From Nanobdellati archaeon (GTDB lineage: Archaea > B1Sed10-29 > WALL01 > WAMD01), in assembly GCA_015522495.1 (NCBI GenBank), contig WAMD01000010.1:1-30020 (forward strand): a stretch of 30,020 nucleotides of DNA. Direction: 5' to 3'. Positions 17,167 through 26,522 of the stretch are shown here, one piece after another. How positions within the stretch are numbered: the first letter of the stretch is position 1; each line of letters begins with the position of its first letter. Under the pieces are notes generated by a model. That model saw only the letters and a list, made by a program, of their open reading frames with translations. It was not told where the DNA came from and did no database searches. The position numbers and the translations under genes are program-made.

Positions 17167-18378
17167 ATGAAAATTGCCTTCATATCCGACACGCATTTAG
17201 GTTATGGTTGGGGAGGCCCACTTGCAGATGACTCAATAAGGCAGGCGAGGGAAGCTTTTCTAAAAGCAATAGAGATGAAAGTCGATTTTATAGTTCATCC
17301 AGGGGACGTGTTCGATGAGCGTATACCAAAACCAGAAGTGTGGGCAGAGGCGCTTAGGCTTTTCTCTTTGACTTCTATGATTGAAGACACCGGAGTTAAA
17401 CCAGTTAGTAAAGAAGTATCTCCTCTTCCATTTAGGGGGATACCTGTCCTAGCAATACATGGTAATCACGAGCGTAGAAGTGAAGGTTATACAAACCCGG
17501 TTGAGGCCTTGGAGGCGTCAGGTCATCTAGTCTACTTAAACGACTCAGGAGTAACACTTGAAAAAGATGGTGATAGGGTCTATGTTTTTGGTATGGGGTA
17601 TACCCCAGAATCACATGTGCTTGAAAGGCTAAAGGAACTAGGCCCAAAAAAACAAGATAACGCATATAATATATTTGTCTTGCACCAAAACATAAAAGAA
17701 TTCCTACCTGAGGATATATCTTTCTTATCATTGAATGACTTGCCTGAGTTTGATCTCGTTGTTAATGGTCATATACATTGGAACGAATTTAGGGATATGG
17801 GAAGTTGGAAGTTTATGATGCCTGGAAGCACAGTAACAACTCAGTTAAAGAAACAAGAGGCGTCTAGAAAAAAAGGATTTTACGTTGTTGATACTGACAA
17901 GGGTAAATTTGACTTTGTGGAGCTTGAGAGTTCGAGGCCTTTTGTATTCAAGGAGCTGTCTTTCTCAGACGCAGATATAACAGATGTTGTATCTGAAGTC
18001 AGGGATGCACTAGAAAATGTTTTATCGAAAGAGTATACAATGAAACCAATAGTAAAGTTAAAGCTTACAGGTTCTATGAAAACAAAGAAGAACGTGGATA
18101 AAAATTCGCTAGTAAGGGGTTTCTCTGATGATGCGATTATTGTGGTGGATAACCAATTGGAAACTGAGAGCCTTAAGAGAAGAATAGAAGAACTTAGGGA
18201 TTTGCAAACCAAGAGATTGTCAGCTGAAACGCTCGGTTTATCCATATTGAAAGGTGAACTCAGCAGGTTAGGTTATAATGGAATGGATCCAGAGGCCATA
18301 TTTGAATATCTGATTAACGGAGACATTGATAAACTTCTAGAGGCTATGGTTAAGTACCACTCAAAATCTACTTCTTGA
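17167..18378 (+). CDS. mre11: Mre11 double-strand-break repair nuclease
   Basis: Metallophosphoesterase motifs SDTHLG, GDVFD, IHGNHE, LHQ and GHIH, plus a capping domain (KPIVKLKLTG). Confidence 0.88.
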   Translation: MKIAFISDTHLGYGWGGPLADDSIRQAREAFLKAIEMKVDFIVHPGDVFDERIPKPEVWAEALRLFSLTSMIEDTGVKPVSKEVSPLPFRGIPVLAIHGNHERRSEGYTNPVEALEASGHLVYLNDSGVTLEKDGDRVYVFGMGYTPESHVLERLKELGPKKQDNAYNIFVLHQNIKEFLPEDISFLSLNDLPEFDLVVNGHIHWNEFRDMGSWKFMMPGSTVTTQLKKQEASRKKGFYVVDTDKGKFDFVELESSRPFVFKELSFSDADITDVVSEVRDALENVLSKEYTMKPIVKLKLTGSMKTKKNVDKNSLVRGFSDDAIIVVDNQLETESLKRRIEELRDLQTKRLSAETLGLSILKGELSRLGYNGMDPEAIFEYLINGDIDKLLEAMVKYHSKSTS

Positions 18379-19588
18379 AGTATTTATTTGGATTAGTGAT
18401 GAACTGTATCATAGCTATTATGCCTGATATACCCATAACTATCCATCCATATATAGGGTAAAATAGTAATAACAGGATATCAACAAGATCAAATTCTATT
18501 TCAGACCTTAACATACCAATTATTAACACTAACAATGAGAACAAACCTATAGTTATCCCAGTTGCCGCGGGTATGGGGAATCCCCACTCTGGGAGTTGTA
18601 TGAAACCTAGGGGCACACCAATAAAACTAATCCACCTCAGTATGTAGGTGGTGACCTCTGCAATAGATTTTGCGTTAAACCAGTATGTGAATATATAAGC
18701 GTTCAACAACAAGGACAACCCAGTTCCAACCGGCCAAAATCCGAACAATGGTAAGACATACATCCCTGCTAGCCCATTACCAAACTTATGTACGTGTTCC
18801 TTGATCACTTGAAGGCCACCAAACATCCATCTGATTCTTTGTTTTACTAACGCTGCTAACGATTTTGCAGGTTTTGTTTCAATCATCGCATCAACAGCTT
18901 TTGCTTTCCAACCTTTGAATATAATTTCTAGGTATGTATCACTGTCTTCAACTAATGTTTTTCCCTTAAATCCACCTATATCCTCTAATGCCTTTTTTCT
19001 GAACGCGGATACCGCCCCATATACAAATGGGATAGGAATGCCAACATTTGAGTGTTGTTTTATCAGTGCGGATACGAATGCATATTCTATCTTTTGAAAT
19101 CTTTCAATTATTGAGCTTCCACCTGTTTTTACTAAACCAGATGCAACACCAACGTCTTTGTCATTGAACTGTGAAGCTAATTTTGTCAGAGCGTCTTTTT
19201 TTATTTTGGAGTCAGCATCTATCACAACTATTATATCTCCGTTAACTTTTCTCAATCCATCGTTTAGTGCACTTGCCTTTCCGAGGTGATTAGTTTTTAT
19301 GACTCTAACCCCATTTTTTTTAGCAATTTCGGATGTTTTATCAGTACTCCCATCGTCAATGACTGTTATCTCTACCTTGGGATAGTTTGAAGCAAGCACT
19401 GCGCGTATGCACTCACCAATAGTTTTTTCCTCATTGTATGCTGGTATAAGGACACTTAGTTTCGGATTGTAGTCCTTGTCTATGACCTCTTTTCCTGGGA
19501 GTAACAGTACCAAAGTCCATATAGTGAATAGGATGAGCATGGGTATGTTTATCAACAACAACAACCAGTTGATTATATCAATTAACAT
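18368..19588 (-). CDS. Processive GT2 glycosyltransferase (PgaC/IcaA-like)
   Basis: IPAYNEE, DDGSTD, GKASALN, DAD, VED and QRIRW motifs, with N- and C-terminal membrane helices. Confidence 0.9.
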   Translation of the reverse strand: MLIDIINWLLLLINIPMLILFTIWTLVLLLPGKEVIDKDYNPKLSVLIPAYNEEKTIGECIRAVLASNYPKVEITVIDDGSTDKTSEIAKKNGVRVIKTNHLGKASALNDGLRKVNGDIIVVIDADSKIKKDALTKLASQFNDKDVGVASGLVKTGGSSIIERFQKIEYAFVSALIKQHSNVGIPIPFVYGAVSAFRKKALEDIGGFKGKTLVEDSDTYLEIIFKGWKAKAVDAMIETKPAKSLAALVKQRIRWMFGGLQVIKEHVHKFGNGLAGMYVLPLFGFWPVGTGLSLLLNAYIFTYWFNAKSIAEVTTYILRWISFIGVPLGFIQLPEWGFPIPAATGITIGLFSLLVLIIGMLRSEIEFDLVDILLLLFYPIYGWIVMGISGIIAMIQFITNPNKYFKK

Positions 19589-19591
19589 ATC

Positions 19592-20797
19592 CTACGCCCT
19601 GTGTTTCTTAGTTACATACCAGGGAAGTTCTCTACCTGAAAAGAATCTTAGTATGGCGTATGTATTTGCTGCAGATATAACTACTCCCATTAGCAGGGTG
19701 GATAGTATACCTTTGGGTGCTAGTCTAGAGTGGCCTTCATTTGTTAAGGCGTAGCTTATACCAGCGAAGTATCCACCACCAAGTATTGGGATAATCCACC
19801 ACATCTGACCAAATGGTAGTATGTTTAGTATGCCAAGTGTTAAACCAGCTAGTAGTTGAAATAGTATTAGCATGTAGTTGAAATTCAGAGAAACTATAAA
19901 TGAAAGAAATGCTTTTTGCAGTGGAGTTAGATATTTTGACTTGAGTATATCATCTGCCCTAGCTTTGAAAGCTTCTAACCCTCCATATGTCCATCTCATT
20001 TGTTGTTTTACTAAGGAGCTGACGGAGAACGGAGCTTGGCAGTGTGCTGCAAGCTCCGGGTCGAACACTATCTTGTATCCGTTGGCAATTATCCTTAGAC
20101 CTAGTTCCATGTCCTCTGCCTTCATGTATGGTGTCCAACCTCCAACTTTCTCCATTGCATCTTTTCTGAATACAACAGCAGAGCCAGATAATAGAGGAGT
20201 TCCTATCATGTCCTTGGCAGGGTAGACTAAGTATTGGTAGCTTAGTACACTTAAGCCAGCAAATATAGATACCATGTTTTCATCTATATTGAAGAATCTC
20301 CACCTTCCTTGGACAACTGCAACATTTGGATCCTTGAAGTGCGCCACTGCTCTTTTTAAGAAGTCCTTTGGAGGGATGAAGTCTGAGTCAAACAGGACAA
20401 TTATCTCCCCTTTAGAGTATTTCATTATATTGTTTAGTGCCCCTGCCTTAAAGCCAGATCTATCTTTCCTTCTTACAACATTTACACGCGGATGACTTTC
20501 GTATTTATTAGTTTCATTCAGCACCTCCGGGTCAGTGGAGTCATCTGCAACTATTATCTCATATCTATTTTTTGGGTAGTCCATATTTAGGCATGCTTCT
20601 ATTGATTTTCCTATTACTGCGTCGTTATAAACTGGTATTTGTATAGTGACAAATGGATAATTAGATAGTGGTTCAATTTCCTTCTTTGGCTTTGATAACG
20701 CTAGAGTAACAGATAAAAAATAATAAAAGAAGGACAGCCCTATCGATGGGATAAAACTAAGTAGGTAAATATTGGTTAATAAACTTGTTAAATCCAT
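19592..20797 (-). CDS. Processive GT2 glycosyltransferase (cellulose-synthase-like)
   Basis: QIPVYND, DDSTD, GFKAGALN, DSDF, VVQGRW, AED and QQMRW. Start moved to ATG 20797, which removes the head-to-head overlap with the divergent gene. Confidence 0.9.
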   Translation of the reverse strand: MDLTSLLTNIYLLSFIPSIGLSFFYYFLSVTLALSKPKKEIEPLSNYPFVTIQIPVYNDAVIGKSIEACLNMDYPKNRYEIIVADDSTDPEVLNETNKYESHPRVNVVRRKDRSGFKAGALNNIMKYSKGEIIVLFDSDFIPPKDFLKRAVAHFKDPNVAVVQGRWRFFNIDENMVSIFAGLSVLSYQYLVYPAKDMIGTPLLSGSAVVFRKDAMEKVGGWTPYMKAEDMELGLRIIANGYKIVFDPELAAHCQAPFSVSSLVKQQMRWTYGGLEAFKARADDILKSKYLTPLQKAFLSFIVSLNFNYMLILFQLLAGLTLGILNILPFGQMWWIIPILGGGYFAGISYALTNEGHSRLAPKGILSTLLMGVVISAANTYAILRFFSGRELPWYVTKKHRA

Positions 20798-20831
20798 ACA
20801 TTTATTTACCAGGGATGATATTTTTATATCT

Positions 20832-21431
20832 ATGCTCCAGAAACACATTTTGCTGTTTGTTTTGCTGTCAAGCTTAGTCCTCTATGTAGCAGGTGTAGGA
20901 ACAGGTTGGCTGATAGGGCAAACCTATTATTCATCTGCTGAGGAAAAGCTTAATCAGTTGGAATCTCAGATGAAAGATTTAAGATCAGTATCATCTACTC
21001 CTGATTTGTGTCAGTATGCTGAGGCAAGGTACTACTTATTACTCTCGAGCTTAAAGTATTTTGAGCTACCGTATCGGCTAGAAGGAGCTAGAGTTGATGA
21101 AGGGACCTTAGACAGGTATATGCAGGTTGAGGCTGAGGCGTTTATAACAGGACAGATACTCGCAACCTCCTGTCACGTGCAACCTAAAATAATTCTTTAT
21201 TTCTTTGAAAGAGACAAGCCAGAATCTTTAGAAGCAGGTAAAGTGTTGGACTCATCAAAAGGTGAGTTTGTTGTTCTTGCATTTGTTATGGACACTAATT
21301 CTAGTTCTGCCAAGTCACTTGCTGAATACTTTAATGTTGTTAAGTATCCCACTGTCGTAATTTGTGGGGACACTTTCGTTTGGCCATTTACTGATGGCGA
21401 TATTCAAGGAGCTGAGAAAGCATGCAAATGA
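20832..21431 (+). CDS. Membrane-anchored exported protein with possible thioredoxin-like C-terminal fold lacking CxxC
   Basis: N-terminal hydrophobic helix and a coiled coil, then IILYFF...VLAFVMD...YFNVVKYPTVVI (a cis-Pro-like motif). Start moved to ATG 20832. The fold call is an inference. Confidence 0.55.
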   Translation: MLQKHILLFVLLSSLVLYVAGVGTGWLIGQTYYSSAEEKLNQLESQMKDLRSVSSTPDLCQYAEARYYLLLSSLKYFELPYRLEGARVDEGTLDRYMQVEAEAFITGQILATSCHVQPKIILYFFERDKPESLEAGKVLDSSKGEFVVLAFVMDTNSSSAKSLAEYFNVVKYPTVVICGDTFVWPFTDGDIQGAEKACK

Positions 21432-22090
21432 GGGAAAAGTTGGCATACGCGTTTCTCCTACATTTTTCCGCTTTGATGATAGTTTTTTTACTTGCAGGTG
21501 TAGTCCAACTGTTGCTAGGTAGTTACTTGGATGTTCAACTACACAACCCTGTGATATCTGCAATGGTTAGCTTAGCCAGGGTTAACCTGAGTTACCCAAT
21601 TGATAAAATATTAATCGGGATTATTACGTTTGTGTTTTTTATCCCACTGGACATTTCGATATTGTACACAGTGACTAGAGAGCTATTTGAAAAAGATGAC
21701 ATATACTCTGGTATTGAAGAAGGAATATCATTGTACCCACTTTTCCTCGTGTTTATATCTGACATGTATTTCTTTTCATTTACCTATGCATTTTTTGCAC
21801 CTGTTGTTTTGTATATAATCCTTAGGTACCTTGAACCAAAGGTGCCAAGAAAAATTCATATTCTCTCTACGATACTTATAGGTAGTTGGTTTGTACCTAT
21901 ATCCCTTGTTGGAAAGATCCCGAGTATCGTGGTTAGGAATACAGTCTCGTTTGTTTTATACCTAGCACTAGTCTTGCCATTTTTTGTTCACTCGTGGATG
22001 ATTAGTACTGAAATAAAGCAAGCTGAAGAAAAGAAGAAAGAAAAGAAAGTTCGAAAAAAGAGGAGCACTCGCGTCCATTCAAAGAGGTGA
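21428..22090 (+). CDS. Multi-pass membrane protein of unknown function
   Basis: About six hydrophobic helices and a basic C-terminal tail. ATG 21428 overlaps the upstream stop (ATGA). Confidence 0.7.
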   Translation: MREKLAYAFLLHFSALMIVFLLAGVVQLLLGSYLDVQLHNPVISAMVSLARVNLSYPIDKILIGIITFVFFIPLDISILYTVTRELFEKDDIYSGIEEGISLYPLFLVFISDMYFFSFTYAFFAPVVLYIILRYLEPKVPRKIHILSTILIGSWFVPISLVGKIPSIVVRNTVSFVLYLALVLPFFVHSWMISTEIKQAEEKKKEKKVRKKRSTRVHSKR

Positions 22091-22094
22091 TTAA

Positions 22095-23372
22095 ATGAAG
22101 GTTACTTTACTTGGGGCTGCCAATGAAGTTGGTAGAAGTGGAGTTTTAGTTGAATCAGGAGATAATAGGTTTTTGTTTGATTATGGTGTAAAACTTCAAG
22201 ATCCAAAACCTGCTTATCCACTTCCAGTTCACGGTTATCTAGATTTTGTTGTTTTATCCCACGCGCATTTGGACCACTCTGGTGCGCTGCCATTGCTCTT
22301 CAAGGGGAGGGAACCGAAAGTGTTCACACCCTCAGGCACACCAGACCTGGTTGATATACTACTTAGAGATTTCTTAAAGATAGCCAGGATGAAAAGGCAG
22401 GAGGTATGGTTCGAAAATCATCTCAAGAGGTTAAAGAGGAGTTTGCAAGGTGTCGATTATGAAAAAGAGACAAGTGTTGGTGAAGTAAATTTTAAGTTCT
22501 CAGATGCTGGTCACATACTAGGAGCTGGAATGACACATGTGCAGGCAGATACAACTTTTGTTTATAGCGGTGATTACAAGGATACTGAGACTAGACTTCA
22601 TGCCCCTGCAAAATTAGAGAATATACCTACCGCTGATGTTTTAGTGACTGAAACAACATATGGAAATAGAGAGCATCCAGATAGGAAAGCTCTGGAAAAG
22701 GAGTTTGTCAATGACGTGAAGTCTGTTATAGAATCTGGTGGAAGGGTTATATTACCGGCCTTTGCGGTGGGAAGGGCTCAAGAGATAGTTGAGATGCTGT
22801 ATGCGAACAATGTGGATGTCCCCATATACCTGGACGGAATGGCTCAGGATGTTGCAGAGGTTTATCTAGAGTATCCAGAATTACTTAGGGATTACCAAGA
22901 GCTGTACAATGCGATGAAAGAGGTTAATTGGATTGCAGATGAAAGGGAGAGAAAGAGGGTATTTGATGAACCAGGCATTGTTGTCACAACTGCTGGGATG
23001 TTGAATGGTGGACCTGCACTTTACTACTTACTCAACTTTAGAAAGCTTGGGGAGGATCTTGCGATATTTCTCACAGGTTATCAGGTTGAAGGTACACCTG
23101 GAAGAAGACTGTTGAAGACAAAGGTAATGGATATCGATGGAAATACAGTTGATTTTTCAAAGTCAAGAATAAAGTATTTTGACTTCTCAGCTCACTGTGA
23201 TAAAAATGGGATATTTAGATTGATAGATAAAGTAAAACCACAAGTGTTAATACTTAACCACGGTGATCCAGACGCAGAGCAAGCAGTGAAGGAAAAGGCA
23301 GAGGATAAAGGTGCATATGTCTTCTCCCCAAAGCCAGGCGAAACAATAGATATATCCAAATATGTGAAATAA
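22095..23372 (+). CDS. beta-CASP metallo-beta-lactamase ribonuclease (CPSF73-like, no KH domains)
   Basis: HAHLDH, AGHILG, YSGD, ETTYG, FAVGRAQE, FSAH and NHGD. Confidence 0.92.
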   Translation: MKVTLLGAANEVGRSGVLVESGDNRFLFDYGVKLQDPKPAYPLPVHGYLDFVVLSHAHLDHSGALPLLFKGREPKVFTPSGTPDLVDILLRDFLKIARMKRQEVWFENHLKRLKRSLQGVDYEKETSVGEVNFKFSDAGHILGAGMTHVQADTTFVYSGDYKDTETRLHAPAKLENIPTADVLVTETTYGNREHPDRKALEKEFVNDVKSVIESGGRVILPAFAVGRAQEIVEMLYANNVDVPIYLDGMAQDVAEVYLEYPELLRDYQELYNAMKEVNWIADERERKRVFDEPGIVVTTAGMLNGGPALYYLLNFRKLGEDLAIFLTGYQVEGTPGRRLLKTKVMDIDGNTVDFSKSRIKYFDFSAHCDKNGIFRLIDKVKPQVLILNHGDPDAEQAVKEKAEDKGAYVFSPKPGETIDISKYVK

Positions 23373-23398
23373 CCTGGCAATGCGTTATAACAATAGGT

Positions 23399-24034
23399 GT
23401 GGGTATGAGATGTCCAAGGTGTGGAAAAGAGACAAATGTCCTTGTTGAAGGGGTCTGTCCTGATTGTTATATTGAAAGGGAAAAGATTTCGTTAAAAAAG
23501 AAGGTTGTACACTTGTGTCCTAGATGTGGTAGGATAAAAGTTGGCAAAGACTGGAAGAGTATTGGTAGTATAGGGGAGTTTATATCCTCAAACTTGAAAA
23601 CCAAGATAAATGAGCCAAAGGTGAAAGTGGAAAAAGTTGAGATTGAAAAAGATAGATTACATGTTCTTTTTGTTGTATATGGAATGCTTGGTGGCAAACA
23701 CGTATCAAAGGAAGTAGATACAACAATAAAGATAATTAGGGAAGTGTGTCCTAGTTGCTTAGCCCCAGATAGCTTTGATTTTAAGTTACAGTTTAGGGGG
23801 GATTACCAGAAACCACTTGACGAGGCTTTGAGGATAGTTGATCGTTATAAGCTAGAGAAAAAGAGGGAAGGGATTGATTTATTGGTGAGAGACAAGAAAG
23901 CAGCGAGAGATATTGTAAAATCTTTGAGGAAGAAATTCAACTTTGAAATCAAGGAGAGCTACAAGCTAGTTGGTGAGGACGTGCACTCTGGGAGGAAAAG
24001 GTACAAGGCTACCTTTCTCCTAAGATTCAAATGA
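23399..24034 (+). CDS. nmd3: Nmd3-family large-subunit maturation factor, short form
   Basis: CPRCG...CPDC, CPRCG...W and CPSC zinc motifs, ending in ESYKLVGED...RYKATFLLRF. Start is GTG 23399 or ATG 23405. Confidence 0.8.
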   Translation: MGMRCPRCGKETNVLVEGVCPDCYIEREKISLKKKVVHLCPRCGRIKVGKDWKSIGSIGEFISSNLKTKINEPKVKVEKVEIEKDRLHVLFVVYGMLGGKHVSKEVDTTIKIIREVCPSCLAPDSFDFKLQFRGDYQKPLDEALRIVDRYKLEKKREGIDLLVRDKKAARDIVKSLRKKFNFEIKESYKLVGEDVHSGRKRYKATFLLRFK

Positions 24035-24754
24035 AGCTTTGCACGTGCGGCGTATTGGGCATCCTTCACATGCTGGCTTTTTCCTGCAATGTCGCTTTGC
24101 GTGTTCAACTAGGAGAGCGTGAAATTCATTAAAGGTTGTCCTCTGCTCATCCTCTGGTTTATCAAAAAACGCATTTTCGACAATACACCTTATCTCATCA
24201 TAGTCAGCTTTTTCATCTATCAACCCTAACCTGTTGAATACCCTCCTAGTGTACGCGTCCACTACGAATATTGGTTTTTTTCCAGCGTAGAGCAGGATGG
24301 AGTCGGCAGTTTCCCTCCCAATCCCTTTTATTGACAGCAGTTCCTTCCGTATTTCTTCAACAGGTCTGTCAAAGAAAGCCCCTAACTTGCCGTCCCACAC
24401 CCTTTTCATGTACCTTGCAAGTGTCTTAAGCCTTTTTGCCTTTTGATTGTAGTACCCACTTGGCCTTATCCACACTGCCAATGCCTTTGCATTTGTTTTC
24501 ATTATGCAATCAATGTCTAGGCAGTTATTTTCGATAAGGTTGAGAATTGCCTTTTCAACGTTCTTCCAAGATGTGTTCTGGGTTAGTATGGCTCCAACAA
24601 TTACCTCCCAGGCCTCTCCAGCGTTCCTGGGATGAGAGTAGTCCCCTGGAAAGTACTCTGGGCCCTTCTTAGGGTTGACTGTAACTGGCCACCATCCCTG
24701 GGGGCCGTACGCGTCCAGTAAGGCTTTGTAAATGCGCTGGATTTTACTTTTCAT
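24020..24754 (-). CDS. Endonuclease III-related HhH-GPD protein (COG2231-like)
   Basis: YGPQGWWP, GAILTQNTSWKNV, HhH LLSIKGIGRETADSILLY, VVDAY and the Fe-S motif CRKKPACEGCPIRRTC. Confidence 0.88.
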   Translation of the reverse strand: MKSKIQRIYKALLDAYGPQGWWPVTVNPKKGPEYFPGDYSHPRNAGEAWEVIVGAILTQNTSWKNVEKAILNLIENNCLDIDCIMKTNAKALAVWIRPSGYYNQKAKRLKTLARYMKRVWDGKLGAFFDRPVEEIRKELLSIKGIGRETADSILLYAGKKPIFVVDAYTRRVFNRLGLIDEKADYDEIRCIVENAFFDKPEDEQRTTFNEFHALLVEHAKRHCRKKPACEGCPIRRTCKASFES

Positions 24755-25749
24755 TTTTCCACCTTTAATCTTGACCAGTCGTCGTAAGGCAGATAGCCTA
24801 TCTTTATTGTTTCTCTCAAAACTGTGATGTCGTGGTCCCTTATCAACCTAGGAAACTTTGCCTTCAGCTTTTTCATAAACTCAAACATCTCATCGTAGGA
24901 GCCTAGCATTATTTCAAAGTCTATGTCAGACAGGCCGATCTCCTCGACAATGTAGTTGACGCCAGCAGATACTAGGTACCTCTTCAACGCATTGTAATTT
25001 TTCCTAGTCAAGTCTTTTAGGTAAAGGAATACCTTGAAATGAACTAGACCTAGTTTTCTGTGGTTTATATCTGGCCTGAACCCAACTAGGACGCCTTTCT
25101 CCACCATTCTTCTTATCCTGTTCTTCACTGAGTTTGGAGATATACCAACCTTTTCTGCAATGTCCACCGTTGGCATTCTAGCGTCCTCAGCCAGCTCCCT
25201 CAGTATGGCAATGTCCTTTTCATCCAATTCCACGTTTCCTGAGTAGGATGTTATGTACACGGCATTGTCTGGTTTTTTGATTATTGAGTTAAAGAACGGC
25301 AAGTGGAGCACCGACAGCCCAATGGACTCTCTCTTTTCCTTTATATATTCACCGAACTTGAAGATCAGGTCCTGCGTGGCATCTTTGAACTCAGTCAGGT
25401 TTTTGGTCCATGTGGACATCATGAACTCATACCTTCCTTCCCCAATCATTGCCCATACCCACTTTTTGTCGTTTACAACATATTCCTTCATTTCATCCTC
25501 AACTTTTGGAGTTGTGTTTTGGAGGCTCAAGAACAGCCTGCAGTAGAAGTATCCACGCTTACCGTTGTCTATGATTGGATAAAACCCATTTACTATACCT
25601 TTCTCCTTCAGCCTGCTTATTCTATACCTTACGTTCTGCTTGCTCATTCTTGTTTTTCTTCCTATCTCTGCATCAGAGGCCCTTGCGTTAAAGTCAAGTG
25701 CGTTTAGGATACTGATGTCCTTTGAGTCCAAGCTCTTTAGTCTATCCAT
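24751..25749 (-). CDS. Tandem (double) Lrp/AsnC-family transcriptional regulator
   Basis: Two wHTH modules: LDSKDISILNALDFNARAS...VRYRISRL and LDEKDIAILRELAEDARMP...VKNRIRRM. Confidence 0.88.
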   Translation of the reverse strand: MDRLKSLDSKDISILNALDFNARASDAEIGRKTRMSKQNVRYRISRLKEKGIVNGFYPIIDNGKRGYFYCRLFLSLQNTTPKVEDEMKEYVVNDKKWVWAMIGEGRYEFMMSTWTKNLTEFKDATQDLIFKFGEYIKEKRESIGLSVLHLPFFNSIIKKPDNAVYITSYSGNVELDEKDIAILRELAEDARMPTVDIAEKVGISPNSVKNRIRRMVEKGVLVGFRPDINHRKLGLVHFKVFLYLKDLTRKNYNALKRYLVSAGVNYIVEEIGLSDIDFEIMLGSYDEMFEFMKKLKAKFPRLIRDHDITVLRETIKIGYLPYDDWSRLKVEK

Positions 25750-25842
25750 ATTTTACATATCGAACTTATCCAATAAAAATTTATCATTTTGACAAAAAAT
25801 TTTAATGAAATGTTAATTATATTGTGTTACTACTAACTAGTT

Positions 25843-26517
25843 ATGACAAATGAGATGGGCAATAGGCGTGTAGATAAGAAGTCTGTATATGATGTTGATT
25901 TTGATTATTATATCAATAACGCAACTCCAGCATATATTGATTTCATGAACTCAGAACACGATTACTTAAGGAATAGCATATCCAGGGGCAGGCTTTTGGA
26001 GCTTGGTGCGGGTAGTGGTAGGATACTAAAAGCTGTCCATGATATTGTAGACTCAGCAGTAGGTGTTGACAAGTCAAAAACGCAGATCTCTGCGCTGAAG
26101 AGGAACGTCCCTCATGGGAATATTGGCGTGGTCCATGCAGATATGCGGGATCTACCTTTCAAGGAGGGCTACTTTGACTACGCAACTCTCATGTTCAGCA
26201 CATTAGGGAATTTCCATGATGAAGACAAAGCCAAAATACTGAGCGAAGCTAGGAGGATCTTGAAGAAGGGAGGAAAGCTGTTTGTTAGTGTTTACGCTGA
26301 GAACGCATTTGACTACCAAAGAGAGTTTTATACAGGACTCGGCTTTGATGTCCGCAACGAAGGAAGTTTAACGATAGTCTCTGGAGAAAATGGCGGTTTT
26401 GTCTCTGAACGATTCACAAGAGAAAAGCTAGAACAGCTGGCTAGATCAGCAGGTTTCTCAGAGGTTCGCATTACTCCTCTAACCGAGTGGACGTACATGT
26501 GCGAGATGGTGAAGTAA
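25843..26517 (+). CDS. Class I SAM-dependent methyltransferase, substrate unknown
   Basis: LLELGAGSGR, GVDKS, DMRDLPFKEGYFDY and RILKKGG. Confidence 0.88.
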   Translation: MTNEMGNRRVDKKSVYDVDFDYYINNATPAYIDFMNSEHDYLRNSISRGRLLELGAGSGRILKAVHDIVDSAVGVDKSKTQISALKRNVPHGNIGVVHADMRDLPFKEGYFDYATLMFSTLGNFHDEDKAKILSEARRILKKGGKLFVSVYAENAFDYQREFYTGLGFDVRNEGSLTIVSGENGGFVSERFTREKLEQLARSAGFSEVRITPLTEWTYMCEMVK

Positions 26518-26522
26518 CATTA

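Noticed and set aside
20772-20848. Head-to-head overlap between the GT2 gene and the exported protein as given in the ORF track
   Set aside because: It disappears when the downstream ATGs (20797 minus, 20832 plus) are used, which also put the hydrophobic helices at the N-termini.
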